Shown in pieces: positions 1-9,527 of a DNA stretch of 64,000 nt (positions within the stretch are counted from its first letter, which is position 1; every line of letters begins with the position of its first letter). The notes under the pieces are model-generated. The model did no database searches. It was not told the DNA's origin and saw only the letters and a program-made list of their open reading frames with translations. This stretch comes from Alphaproteobacteria bacterium. GTDB lineage: Bacteria > Pseudomonadota > Alphaproteobacteria > Caulobacterales > Hyphomonadaceae. A program made the translations under genes and the position numbers. Location of the stretch: assembly GCA_031394145.1 (NCBI GenBank), contig JANMWT010000371.1:35314-99313 (forward strand), written 5' to 3'.

Positions 1-2
1 TG

Positions 3-1598
3 GTGCTCGCGGCTGCCTGCGGCAGCAGCAAAGACGCTACGGCAGCCTTGACCGCGATGCAGCTCGCGGACGGCAAGTCGGGCATGGTTCATTACGCCAG
101 CAAGTCTGGTTCGGGCGACAAGGTCACTTTCAAGGACGTCGTGATCGAGGAGCAGGGCGCGACCACCGGCAATGGCCTCAAGGCCAAAACCATGACGCTG
201 GGCGGTCTGGCGATGACCAAGGACGGCAAGCCCTGGTTCTCCGACATGACCCTCTCCGGCATCACCCCGGAAAAGGACCAGCCCGGGCTGACGCTCACCC
301 TCGCGACCGTAACGGTCAAGCATGCCAATGAATCCACAGGGGTTTTCATGGCCAGCGCCTTCACCAAGGCAGGCCCCGGAACCCCGCCCCCGTTCGAGCA
401 GTGGGAGCTGGACAAGCTCTCCTTCAACGGCCTCAAGGTGAACGGCGATCTCGCGAAGATGGGTCAGGGCAAGGGCGCCTTCAACGTGTTCTTGGACGAG
501 GCGTCGATCTCGGACCTCAAGAAAACCGTCGTCGGCGCCTCGCATCTGTCGGGGTTTAAGGGCGATTTCGATATCCCGCCGGAACTGACCGGCGGCTATC
601 CTGTGGTCGGTAAGTTCGATTTTGGAACGGCCGACATGAAGGGCCTGCGGGCCGGCCTGTTTGCCGACGCCTTCAAGGCCGGCGCAGCCATGCAAACCGG
701 TGGGGATGCGACCGCCGCAAAAACAGCCGAGCAATCGGCCCAGGCCAACATCTTCGCCAAGATGACCAGCCCGATCGATCCTGGCTACGATGCGCTCACC
801 TGGTCAGGCATCAATATCCAGGCGTCCGGGGTGACGCTGACCTCGACCAAGGTCGACCAGAAGGCGACGCGCAACGCCAACGGCGTGGTGACGGCCTTCG
901 CTTCGCCGCGCACGACCATCACCTTCGCGGCCAACGCCGCCGATGGACAGCTCGGCGCGCTGGCGAGCACCGGCATGGCGGCCATCGGCTACCAGAAGGT
1001 CGAACTCTACGCCGAATCGGATGCGACCTATGACCCCGCGAGCGAGACGGCGCGGATCAAGAAATACGATTTTGGCATGACCGATGGGTTCGACCTCCAG
1101 GTCACCGGCGGCTTCCAGGGCGTTCTCAAGGCCCTCACCTCGCTGATGTCCTCGCTTACCGCCATGGAAACGCAGACCCTGAGCCCCGCGACGCCAGATG
1201 CGCCCAAGCCGGCCGAGCCGGACATGAGCGGTCTTGAGCAGTTGAAGGTCGTCGATCTCGATCTGACGCTGACCGATAAATCGCTGGTGAACCACCTGCT
1301 TGGCCTCGGCGGTGGCGATCCGGAGACGCTGCGCAATGATATCGTCACCCAGATCAAATCGATGGGCGTCGATTTCACCAAGGCTGGCGTCGACAAATCG
1401 GTCTCCGATGAGCTGACCGCAGCCGTCGCCAGCTTCGTCAAGCAACCGGGCGTGCTCAACATCAAGCTGAAGCCGGCTCAGCCCGTGGCGCTGGCCGCCA
1501 AGGACGCCAAGCTGACCAAGGCGACCCTTGGCTTCTCGGCGACGGCGACGCCTGGACCGGCGACACCGGTTCCGCCCGCCCCTGCAAAGCCCAAATAG
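3..1598 (+). CDS. hypothetical secreted lipoprotein, 5' end probably cut by window edge
   Basis: ORF open to the window edge. It begins ...LAAACGSS (lipobox-like), has Ala/Gly/Thr/Lys-rich composition and a Pro-rich tail PGPATPVPPAPAKPK. No family recognised. Confidence 0.5.
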   Translation: MLAAACGSSKDATAALTAMQLADGKSGMVHYASKSGSGDKVTFKDVVIEEQGATTGNGLKAKTMTLGGLAMTKDGKPWFSDMTLSGITPEKDQPGLTLTLATVTVKHANESTGVFMASAFTKAGPGTPPPFEQWELDKLSFNGLKVNGDLAKMGQGKGAFNVFLDEASISDLKKTVVGASHLSGFKGDFDIPPELTGGYPVVGKFDFGTADMKGLRAGLFADAFKAGAAMQTGGDATAAKTAEQSAQANIFAKMTSPIDPGYDALTWSGINIQASGVTLTSTKVDQKATRNANGVVTAFASPRTTITFAANAADGQLGALASTGMAAIGYQKVELYAESDATYDPASETARIKKYDFGMTDGFDLQVTGGFQGVLKALTSLMSSLTAMETQTLSPATPDAPKPAEPDMSGLEQLKVVDLDLTLTDKSLVNHLLGLGGGDPETLRNDIVTQIKSMGVDFTKAGVDKSVSDELTAAVASFVKQPGVLNIKLKPAQPVALAAKDAKLTKATLGFSATATPGPATPVPPAPAKPK

Positions 1599-1695
1599 AC
1601 GGAGGCCGCGGGCGCGACGCTTCGCTGGCCGATCTCCCGGGTTGGGTCTGGTCGTGGATCTGGGGTCTGGTCTTGCGTCCCGTCAGCCGGGACGA

Positions 1696-2304
1696 TCAGC
1701 GCGTCAGGGCGGCGATGCACTTTGCCATGTCCGACGGACGGGTTCCGTCGGTGAAGAATGTCTGCAGCTTCCAGTTCTCATCCATCAGGTAGAGGATGGC
1801 GCCATGGCTCATGACATAGCCCGATGCGCTGCCCGGATCATCTTCCCGCTGAAACGATGTGGCGAAACCTTTGGCGACCGCTTCGAGCTCATCGGTGGTG
1901 CCGGTGAGGCCGACCATGTCGGACGGAAAGCCATTGCTGGCGATGTAGGTGGTCAGGGCCGCCGGCGTATCGCGCGCCGGATCAACCGAGATGAAAGCCG
2001 TCATCGGGCGCTTGACGCCTTTCGGCAGGAGATTCATCGCGGTTCCGACGGCCGACAGGGTTCGCGGACAATAGTCCGGACAGTAGGTGTAGCCGAAGAA
2101 GACCAGCGTCTTGCGACCCTTGAACGACGCTTCGGTCATTCGCTCGCCGCGGTTGGAGGTCAGCGTGAACGGGCCGCCGATCTTGTCGGTCGCCCTGGTG
2201 CTGCAGCCTGGAATTCGCGAGGCCGGGTCGCCGGCCGAACAGGCGGGCAGCGCAAGCAGGGCGGCGATAACCAGCAAAAATCGCATCGCCCGATATGGCC
2301 GCAC
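1696..2304 (-). CDS. senC: SCO1/SenC/PrrC family copper chaperone (thioredoxin fold)
   Basis: Lipoprotein signal LALPAC. CxxxC copper motif in FFGYTYCPDYCP and a downstream conserved His (MSHG). About 200 aa. Divergent from regB, as in reg/prr loci. Confidence 0.9.
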   Translation of the reverse strand: MRPYRAMRFLLVIAALLALPACSAGDPASRIPGCSTRATDKIGGPFTLTSNRGERMTEASFKGRKTLVFFGYTYCPDYCPRTLSAVGTAMNLLPKGVKRPMTAFISVDPARDTPAALTTYIASNGFPSDMVGLTGTTDELEAVAKGFATSFQREDDPGSASGYVMSHGAILYLMDENWKLQTFFTDGTRPSDMAKCIAALTR

Positions 2305-2330
2305 GCGGCGCCTGAGTCAAAGCGGCTGAG

Positions 2331-3746
2331 ATGACAACCACGTCACCCCCTTCAACTGCGCTTGCGCCACTCCAGCCGGTTGCTGGCCCCGAAGGCTCGC
2401 GCGAGGCGCTGAAGAGCGTCGGCTCGGCCTTCGGCCGCACCCGGCTGCGGACGCTGGTGTCGCTGCGCTGGATGGCGATCGGCGGGCAGGCGGCGTCGGT
2501 CCTGTTCGTGCATTTCGGGCTTGGCTTCCACCTGCCGCTGGCCGCCTGCTTTGCCGCGATTGGCGCATCCGCCTGGCTCAATGTCGCGCTGATGGCGGTG
2601 TTTCCCTCCCAGCACTTGTGCTCGGCAGCCGAGACGGCCGGCCAGCTCGCCTTCGACATCGTCCAGCTGTCGGTGATCATCGGTCTTACCGGCGGACTGC
2701 AGAACCCGTTCCTGCTGATGATCCTTGCGCCGGTCACGGTCGGCGCCTCGCGCCTTCTGCCGGCGTTCGCCTGGCTGTTGTCGCTGCTGGCGCTGATCTG
2801 CTGCGCGGCGATGTCGATCTGGGGTCTCGATCTGCCCTGGCGCGACGGGCAGAAGCTGCAATTGCCCATGCTCTATCAGGCCGGCCAGCTGGCGGCGGTG
2901 GCGATCGGGCTGGTCTTCTTCGCCGTCTCCTCTTGGCGCACCGGACGCGACGAGGCGCGGCTGGTGTCGGCGCTCGATGCGGTGCAGGCGGTCTTGTCGC
3001 GCGAGCAGCAGCTGTCGGCGCTGGGCGCACTGGCGGCCGCGACGGCCCACGAACTCGGCACGCCGCTGGCCACCATCCACCTTGCCGCCAAGGAACTGGC
3101 GCGCTCGATCAAGCCCGACCAGCCGGCGCGCGAGGATGTCGATCTGATCATTGAGCAGTCGGATCGCTGCCGCGCCATTCTCAAGCAGATCTCGCAGCGC
3201 CGGCAGGCGACCGATGCGGCGATGGCGCGCACGCCCTTGCCGTCTCTGATCGAGGAATGCGCCGAGCCGCACAGCGGATCGGGCGTCCATGTCAGCTGCG
3301 CCTGCTCGCGCCTCACCGGTGCAGACGACACCGGCGTCAGCGGCGAGGCGCGAGCCGAGGACCGCGCGCCGATCGTTGTTCGCAAGCCGGAAATCATCCA
3401 CGCCCTCGGCGCCTTCATCGAGAACGCCGTCTCGTTCGCTTCAAAGGAAGTCAGCGTCAACGCCCGTTGGTCCGACAGCGAGATCCGGATCTATGTCACT
3501 GACGACGGGCCGGGCTTTGCCCCCTCCGTCCTCGCCAAGCTCGGCGAACCCTATTTCAGCGAGCGCACGGTCGAGCAGCGGGGCGGGGGGCTCGGTCTCG
3601 GCTTTTTCATCGCCTGCACCCTGCTGGAGCGAACCGGCGCTCGCGTGACGCCGTATAACCGTCAGACGCCGGCAAAGGGCGCCGTGGTTCGCATCGTCTG
3701 GCCGCGCCGGGCGATCGAGGCGCCTCCGGGCTGGGAAGAAACCTAA
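2331..3746 (+). CDS. regB: redox-sensing histidine kinase RegB/PrrB/ActS
   Basis: Multi-TM N-terminus containing the RegB quinone-site heptapeptide GGLQNPF. H-box AHELGTPLATI, Cys box SDRCRAIL, ATPase boxes DDGPGF and GGLGLG. Confidence 0.88.
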   Translation: MTTTSPPSTALAPLQPVAGPEGSREALKSVGSAFGRTRLRTLVSLRWMAIGGQAASVLFVHFGLGFHLPLAACFAAIGASAWLNVALMAVFPSQHLCSAAETAGQLAFDIVQLSVIIGLTGGLQNPFLLMILAPVTVGASRLLPAFAWLLSLLALICCAAMSIWGLDLPWRDGQKLQLPMLYQAGQLAAVAIGLVFFAVSSWRTGRDEARLVSALDAVQAVLSREQQLSALGALAAATAHELGTPLATIHLAAKELARSIKPDQPAREDVDLIIEQSDRCRAILKQISQRRQATDAAMARTPLPSLIEECAEPHSGSGVHVSCACSRLTGADDTGVSGEARAEDRAPIVVRKPEIIHALGAFIENAVSFASKEVSVNARWSDSEIRIYVTDDGPGFAPSVLAKLGEPYFSERTVEQRGGGLGLGFFIACTLLERTGARVTPYNRQTPAKGAVVRIVWPRRAIEAPPGWEET

Positions 3747-3842
3747 AACCCCTGATTTGATCTCTCTGGCCGGGGCCTAGCTTGGGGAGTAATCGGCCTA
3801 AACCGTTGGCCTTGCTGCGAAGCCGCCCTATACTGCGACAAA

Positions 3843-4430
3843 ATGTACCAACAGGAGATCAGGTTGGACGAAGCTTCTGAATCGGATCCGCGGGTTGCGG
3901 CGCTTGAAGACCGCACCCTCATGGTCCTTGACGACGACGCGCCTTTCCGGGCGCGTCTGGCCCGCGCGCTGCAGCAGCGCGGCTTCGAGGTCGTCGCCGT
4001 GGGGTCGGTCGCCGAAGCCCGCGATCATTTCAAGCGCAGCCAGCCGCACTTCGCCGTGGTGGATCTCCGGCTCGAGGATGGCACCGGTCTTGATGTCGTC
4101 GAAACCCTGCACGAGATCCGTGAGGACAGTCATGCGGTGGTCCTGACCGGTTATGGCGCCATCGCCACCGCGGTGGCTGCCGTGAAGGCGGGCGCGATCG
4201 ATTATCTCGCCAAGCCCGCGGACATCGACGACATCGTCAACTCGTTGCTGGCGGCGCGTGAGAACCGGCCCGACCCACCGGAAAATCCGATGTCCGCCGA
4301 CCGGGTGCGTTGGGAGCACATCCAGCGCGTTTATGAACTCTGCAACCACAATGTCTCGGAAACGGCGCGGCGGCTGAATATGCACCGGCGCACCCTGCAG
4401 AGGATTCTCGCCAAGCGGGCGCCGCGCTAG
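3843..4430 (+). CDS. regA: response regulator RegA/PrrA/ActR
   Basis: Receiver domain (LMVLDDD...VVDLRLEDG). The near-invariant RegA Fis-type HTH NVSETARRLNMHRRTLQRILAKRAP lies at the C-terminus. Confidence 0.92.
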   Translation: MYQQEIRLDEASESDPRVAALEDRTLMVLDDDAPFRARLARALQQRGFEVVAVGSVAEARDHFKRSQPHFAVVDLRLEDGTGLDVVETLHEIREDSHAVVLTGYGAIATAVAAVKAGAIDYLAKPADIDDIVNSLLAARENRPDPPENPMSADRVRWEHIQRVYELCNHNVSETARRLNMHRRTLQRILAKRAPR

Positions 4431-4763
4431 GCGGCTGGCTGCGGCGTCCACTCCAGCGCGACCTCGCCCAGCTGGATGATCGCCGCGGCGTCGGTGAATT
4501 TCGGGATGTCGCCCTGCAGCTCCGCCATGTGCGGGAAGAGCGCCTGCTCATACGCCTCGCGCGACGGGCAGGTGAAGGTGCAGATGGCGTGGAAGGATGG
4601 CGCCGGCCATGGCGGCCCCCCCCCCCCGCTCCGCGATCGACGCTGATCGCCGTCATCGCTGCGCCGAGCAGCCGGATCGACATCGGCATGTGCACGCCAA
4701 GATAGTAGTCATGGTCGAAATGGCTCCCCGGGATGTTCGGATAGAGCACCGTCACTTGATCAT
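4427..4763 (-). pseudogene. EthD-family (TIGR02118-like) gene interrupted by a frameshift in a G12 homopolymer
   Basis: The N-part is VTVLYPNIPGSHFDHDYYLGVHMPMSIRLLG..ISVDRGAGGGG. The C-part, in another frame, is APSFHAICTFTCPSREAYEQALFPHMAELQGDIPKFTDAAAIIQLGEV*. Together they read as one protein of about 105 aa. The frames split at the C12 run 4616-4627 (G12 on the coding strand), and a 13th G would restore the frame. The start region reads ATGATCAAG-TGA, so there may be a second 1-nt lesion or a GTG start at 4755. Confidence 0.7.
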
Positions 4764-4777
4764 TGGAGACCCTCAAT

Positions 4778-4822
4778 CCTTCGCTTGGCGAACCTTCGCT
4801 TGGCGAACCTTGGCTTGGCGAT
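4778..4822. repeat. tandem repeat 3 x 15 bp (ccttcgcttggcgaa)
   Basis: Units at 4778-4792, 4793-4807 (identical) and 4808-4822 (2 mismatches). Lies in the divergent spacer between the EthD-like gene and the ialB-like gene. Confidence 0.95.
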
Positions 4823-4877
4823 ACCAGGCGGATGTGGGCGCGCCGCTTCAATTGCCAAGACCGGTCTGAGGCTCGCC

Positions 4878-4910
4878 CCGGATCAGCCCCGGATCAGCCC
4901 AGGATCAGCC
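4878..4910. repeat. tandem repeat 3 x 11 bp (ccggatcagcc)
   Basis: Units at 4878-4888, 4889-4899 and 4900-4910 (1 mismatch). Confidence 0.95.
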
Positions 4911-5046
4911 CAACAACAGCCCCGCATCGCCTCTGGTCGGGTCCGGTCAATTTGGCCCAGTCAATCGACGCTTCGCGGCCATCTTAACCCGGGGGTCAAA
5001 TTTCGCCCGTATTCCAGTAGGATCAAATCCTGACCGGGAGCATTCC

Positions 5047-5559
5047 ATGGCGCGCGCCTCCTCGATCTGCCTGACGCTCGCCCCGCTGCTGGCCGGGCTG
5101 CTGCTTGCGAGCTCCGCCTCGGCCCAGGTGAACGCGATCGGCCGCTACAAGGAATGGCGCGTCTACACCGAAGGCTCAGGCAAGAGCCTGATCTGTTTTG
5201 CAGCGACCTCGGCGGATGACGCCGCGCCACGGTCGATCGAGCATGGCGATGTCAATTTCTACGTCGCGACCTGGAAATCCGGATCGGCCTCGAACCAGCC
5301 CAGCCTGAAAGTGGGTTATGATCTGCGGGCCGACCTCGCTCCGCAGGCGATTGTCGGGCGCACGCGCTTTCGCATGTACGCCTCCGGCCCAGAGGCCTTC
5401 TTCCCGGACGATCAGGAAAAACCGCTGCTTGCCGCGGTAAAAAAAGGGAGCGACCTGCGCATCGAGGCGGTGTCGACCAAATCGACGCGCACCGCCTATC
5501 ATTTCTCGCTCAAGGGCGCGGCCGAAGCGATGGACAAGGCTAAGGCGCTCTGTCGCTAG
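5047..5559 (+). CDS. invasion-associated locus B (IalB)-like periplasmic protein
   Basis: Sec signal peptide (LLLASSASAQV). About 170 aa with a W..V...CFA ... FSLKG..A..KA...C pattern recalled from the IalB family. Confidence 0.6.
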   Translation: MARASSICLTLAPLLAGLLLASSASAQVNAIGRYKEWRVYTEGSGKSLICFAATSADDAAPRSIEHGDVNFYVATWKSGSASNQPSLKVGYDLRADLAPQAIVGRTRFRMYASGPEAFFPDDQEKPLLAAVKKGSDLRIEAVSTKSTRTAYHFSLKGAAEAMDKAKALCR

Positions 5560-7100
5560 GGGATCGTCTCGATCACAAGTTCGCGGCGCTTGAGCTTGCC
5601 GCACAGCGCTGCAAGCGTCCGGTCCATCGGTGTATCTTCGGTCAGCATCGGGGCGGCCTCTCCCAGGCCGTCGATGAAGCGGGTGATCGGCTCGCCGATC
5701 TGTTCGCGCGATAGCTGGCCATCGCGCACCCGCAACCGGATCGCCTGAACGCAGGCGAGGGTATGGGCAGCCAGCGCCTGTTCGGTCAACTCCAGCACGC
5801 GCAAGGCATCGCGCGCCGCGATCGTCCCCATCGAGACCTTGTCCTGGTTGTGACACTCGGTCGAGCGCGAGAAGACCGATGCCGGCATGGTCAGCTTGAG
5901 CGCCTCGGCCGTCCACGCTGAAACGGCGATCTGCACCGCCTTGAAGCCGTGATTGATCGCGGCCCGATCGCCCGTCGCGCCGGTGAGATTGGCGGGCAGA
6001 CCATTGTTGAACTTGCCGTCCACGAGCAGGGCCAGCTGCCGGTCGCAGAGGTCGGCGACGTTGGCGACCAGCGTTTTGAGCCCGTCCATGGCGAAGCAGA
6101 TATGACCGCCATAGAAATGGCCGCCGTGCAGCACCTCGCCGGTAACCGGATCGATCAGCGGATTGTCGTTCGCCGAGTTGACCTCGGTCTCGATCAGGGT
6201 GCGGAAGGTCGGCAGCATGTCTTCAAGCACGCCGATGACGTGCGGGGCGCAGCGGATTGAATAGCGATCCTGCAGCCGGGTCGGCGCATGTGCGCGGTCG
6301 AACGCGGCAAGATCGCTCCGGATGCGGCGCGCGATTTCAGTCTGCCCCGGGTGCGGCTTGGCGATGAACAAGCGCTCGTCGAAGTGGCGCGGATTGCCCT
6401 GCAGAGCGATCAGCGACATGGCGGTCAGGCGCGAGGCCAGCTTCGAGACCTGGTCAGCGCGCATCCATGCGAGCGCGCCGAGGCCGGTCATCACCGCCGT
6501 GCCGTTCATGATCGCAAGGCCTTCCTTGGGACGCAGCACGATCGGCTTGAGCTTGAGCGCAGCGAAGGCCCTGGCGCTGAGCATCGTCTCGCCGCGGAAC
6601 AAGACATCGCGTTCGCCCGCCAGCGCGCCGGCGATGTAGCTCAAAGGCGTCAGGTCGCCGGAGGCGCCGACCGAGCCTTCGGCCGGGATCAGCGGCAGGA
6701 TGTCGTTGGCCAGCATGTCGCCGAGCAGCTGGGCGAGTTCGATCGAGACGCCTGACCAGCCATGCGTCAGGGAGGCGAGGCGGACGGCCATCACGGCGCG
6801 GGTTTCCTCAGGATCGAGGAAGCGGCCGAGGCCGCATCCATGGAAGCGGGTGAGATTGAGCGGCAGCTGGCGGATCAGCTGGTCGCGGACCTCGGTGGTG
6901 CAGCTGTCGCCATAGCCGGTGGTGACGCCGTAGATCACGCCCTCGCGCGCCAGCACCTCATCGACCAGGCCCGCAGACCTCGCCAGGCGCGCCCGCACGG
7001 CGGGCCCAGGGGCGAGGCGACTGGTTTCAGGCGCCTGGGAGAGCGCCCAGAGATCCTCGAGCGACAGGGGATGTGCGCCAACCTCAATCATATGTTTCAC
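5556..7100 (-). CDS. HAL/PAL/TAL-family aromatic amino acid ammonia-lyase (MIO enzyme)
   Basis: MIO-forming triad in [14 protein letters not shown]. Also [13 protein letters not shown] and family length (514 aa). No hutU/hutI nearby, so substrate is left open. Confidence 0.88.
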   Translation of the reverse strand: MKHMIEVGAHPLSLEDLWALSQAPETSRLAPGPAVRARLARSAGLVDEVLAREGVIYGVTTGYGDSCTTEVRDQLIRQLPLNLTRFHGCGLGRFLDPEETRAVMAVRLASLTHGWSGVSIELAQLLGDMLANDILPLIPAEGSVGASGDLTPLSYIAGALAGERDVLFRGETMLSARAFAALKLKPIVLRPKEGLAIMNGTAVMTGLGALAWMRADQVSKLASRLTAMSLIALQGNPRHFDERLFIAKPHPGQTEIARRIRSDLAAFDRAHAPTRLQDRYSIRCAPHVIGVLEDMLPTFRTLIETEVNSANDNPLIDPVTGEVLHGGHFYGGHICFAMDGLKTLVANVADLCDRQLALLVDGKFNNGLPANLTGATGDRAAINHGFKAVQIAVSAWTAEALKLTMPASVFSRSTECHNQDKVSMGTIAARDALRVLELTEQALAAHTLACVQAIRLRVRDGQLSREQIGEPITRFIDGLGEAAPMLTEDTPMDRTLAALCGKLKRRELVIETIP

Positions 7101-7254
7101 AACAGTTTTCCCCTATAATTTTCGGGCGTTAGCGCCGCAACGGGCTGGACGGATAGGGGCTGGCGCAAGGCGAGGCAAGCGGCCACGCCCAACCCGGAAG
7201 AAAGCCGGCGTCGCTCTCGATTTCTCCACAGGGAGCCGCTATCTGGGGCGCAGC

Positions 7255-8430
7255 ATGCCCGTCGAGCTCGACCTTTCGCACCGTACGCCCGCTCCTGCGC
7301 TGGCGAGCCCCGTCAATCTCGTGGGCCTCGGCCGCGAGCGCCTGCGCGGCGCGATGGTCGCCGCGGGCGTCGAGGAGAAGAAGGCCCGGATGCGCGCCGG
7401 CCAGCTGTGGCGCTGGATCTATCACTACGGCGTTGCCGACTTCGCCGGCATGACCGACGTGGCGAAGGAGCTTCGCGCCAAGCTCGGCGAACAATTTTAT
7501 CTTGCCCGGCCCGACATTCGCCTGGCTCAGGCCTCGGTCGACGGCACCCGCAAATGGCTGGTCGGCTATGGCCCCAATGTCGAGGCTGAGTGCGTCTACA
7601 TTCCCGACGTCGGCAAAGCCGGGGCGTTGTGCGTTTCCAGCCAGGTCGGCTGCACGCTCACCTGCACCTTCTGCCACACCGGCACGCAGACCCTGGTGCG
7701 CAATCTTTCGGCTGCCGAGATCGTCGGCCAGGTGATGATCGCCCGCGATGCGCTGAGTGAATGGCCGACGTCGAATGAGGATCGCCTCCTCACCAACATC
7801 GTCTTCATGGGCATGGGCGAGCCACTCTACAATCTCGACAATGTCGTCGAGGCGATCGAGACGATCACCGACGGCGACGGCATCTCGATCTCCAAGCGCC
7901 GCATCACGGTCTCGACCGCAGGCGTGGCGCCGAAAATCCCCGAGCTCGGCCAGCGCACCGGGGCGATGCTGGCGATCAGCCTGCATGCGACCAATGACGA
8001 CCTACGCAACCAACTCGTGCCGATCAACAAGAAGTACAATTTGAAGGAGTTGTTCGACGCGATCCGGCAGTATCCTGATCTGTCGAACTCGAAGCGGGTG
8101 ACGTTCGAATATGTCATGCTGAAGGGCGTCAATGACACCCTCGCCGAAGCGCGCGACCTGGTGCGGCTGCTCAAGGGCGTGCCGTCCAAGATCAACCTGA
8201 TCCCGTTCAACCCCTGGCCAGGGACGAAGTACCTCTGCTCCGACTGGGAGACGATCGAGGCCTTCGCCGAAGTGCTGAACCGCGCCGGTTACGCCTCGCC
8301 CATTCGCACACCGCGCGGCCGCGACATTCTCGCCGCCTGCGGCCAGCTTCGCTCCGAGAGCGTCAAGCAGAAGGCCAGCGAGCGGCTGGAGAAAAGGCTG
8401 GCGGCGAAGGACGCGGCGGCTGAGGGCTGA
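7255..8430 (+). CDS. rlmN: 23S rRNA/tRNA adenine-C2 methyltransferase RlmN (radical SAM)
   Basis: Radical-SAM motif [11 protein letters not shown]. Also GMGEPLYN and the C-terminal catalytic Cys region ACGQL. Confidence 0.95.
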   Translation: MPVELDLSHRTPAPALASPVNLVGLGRERLRGAMVAAGVEEKKARMRAGQLWRWIYHYGVADFAGMTDVAKELRAKLGEQFYLARPDIRLAQASVDGTRKWLVGYGPNVEAECVYIPDVGKAGALCVSSQVGCTLTCTFCHTGTQTLVRNLSAAEIVGQVMIARDALSEWPTSNEDRLLTNIVFMGMGEPLYNLDNVVEAIETITDGDGISISKRRITVSTAGVAPKIPELGQRTGAMLAISLHATNDDLRNQLVPINKKYNLKELFDAIRQYPDLSNSKRVTFEYVMLKGVNDTLAEARDLVRLLKGVPSKINLIPFNPWPGTKYLCSDWETIEAFAEVLNRAGYASPIRTPRGRDILAACGQLRSESVKQKASERLEKRLAAKDAAAEG

Positions 8431-8521
8431 TCGCTCACATTTGCGTGGCCGCCCTGGCGCACCGCCTTGCGATTCCCGCACGTCACGGTTTGATCGAGGC
8501 AGCTTCGCCGGAGCGCTCGGG

Positions 8522-8977
8522 ATGAGATACGCGATCGCCGCCCTTCTGGGGCTTTCAGGTCTCCCGGCGACGGCGCAGACGCCGCCGGACGCCCGGATCA
8601 AGGCGTTCTTCCTGAGCTATGTGCAGGCTTTCAACACCGGCGACAGTCATGCGCTGGCGAGCCAGTTCTACGAGGCGCAAGGCGCTTCGCCGGGCGAAAT
8701 CGAAGCGACGCTGACCAAGCAGTTCGCCGCCCTGCGCGCCGATGAATTCGGCAAGATGAACCTGTTCTCGATGACGTCCTGCATGCAGGGCGCGGCGCAG
8801 GCGAGGGTCCAGGTCAGTTTCGAATACCAGTTTACCTATGGCGGCCAGATGCCGCCCGGCGACCAGATGGCCGAGTTTGCGCTGGCTGAAACCAAGAATG
8901 GCTGGCGCATTGATGGCTGGCGCATTGTGAGCAGCCATGATCTCAAGCCGGGTCAGTCCATCGCCTGCGCCCAATGA
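8522..8977 (+). CDS. secreted NTF2/SnoaL-like fold protein
   Basis: Internal ATG at 8522 gives the signal peptide MRYAIAALLGLSGLPATAQT. FFLSYVQAFNTGDSHALASQFY matches the SnoaL/DUF4440-type N-terminal helix pattern. WRI near the C-terminus. Confidence 0.5.
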   Translation: MRYAIAALLGLSGLPATAQTPPDARIKAFFLSYVQAFNTGDSHALASQFYEAQGASPGEIEATLTKQFAALRADEFGKMNLFSMTSCMQGAAQARVQVSFEYQFTYGGQMPPGDQMAEFALAETKNGWRIDGWRIVSSHDLKPGQSIACAQ

Positions 8978-9045
8978 TCCGCCCCGCTGATCCGCCCCGC
9001 TGATCCGCCATCTGATCCGCCATCTGATCCGCCGTCTGACCCGCC
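8975..9045. repeat. tandem repeat, 2 x 13 bp (tgatccgccccgc) then about 3.7 x 12 bp (tgatccgccatc)
   Basis: Units start at 8975, 8988, 9001, 9013, 9025 and 9037. The first three bases are the TGA stop of the upstream CDS. Confidence 0.95.
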
Positions 9046-9059
9046 TGGAGGCCTCGCCC

Positions 9060-9521
9060 ATGATCGCCCGCGTGTTGATCTTCGCTTCAGCCATCGCGCT
9101 TGCCGCCTGCGCGACGTCGGACAAGCGCGCCGCTGAGACGACCGACAAACAGCTCACGGCCTTCATGACCGCCTATACGCTCGCCTGGAACCGCCATGAC
9201 GCCGCCGCCATCGCGCGCGATTTCTACCGCATGGGCCCCAGCCTCGAGGATCAGACGACGCGCCTCAAGAGGCAGTTCGATGGCCTCGTTGCGCAAGGCT
9301 ACGACAAGTCGGCCATTCACGAGATCAAGGCGTGTGCGACCGGACCGGATACGGGCTGGGCCGGCATGCATTTCTCGCGGCTGAAAACCGACGGCGAGCC
9401 GCTGCCGCCGAAGGATCGCGCCAGCCAGTACGATCTGAAGAAATTTCCCGACGGCTGGCGGATCACCAAGCTCAACGGCGCCGACGCGAGCCAGCCGCTT
9501 GCCTGCCCGAGGGCCAGCTAG
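9060..9521 (+). CDS. NTF2/SnoaL-like lipoprotein (paralog of 8522-8977)
   Basis: Lipobox IALAAC. FMTAYTLAWNRHDAAAIARDFY is the same helix pattern as the neighbouring gene. C-terminal DGWRITK. Confidence 0.5.
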   Translation: MIARVLIFASAIALAACATSDKRAAETTDKQLTAFMTAYTLAWNRHDAAAIARDFYRMGPSLEDQTTRLKRQFDGLVAQGYDKSAIHEIKACATGPDTGWAGMHFSRLKTDGEPLPPKDRASQYDLKKFPDGWRITKLNGADASQPLACPRAS

Positions 9522-9527
9522 CGCCAA

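Noticed and set aside
4237-4851. A 204-aa ORF from the track could be taken as one intact protein.
   Set aside because: Only residues 33 to about 80 look like a real (EthD) protein. The remainder is Arg/Ser/Pro-rich junk overlapping regA, and the true C-terminus is in another frame. It was re-interpreted as a frameshifted gene.
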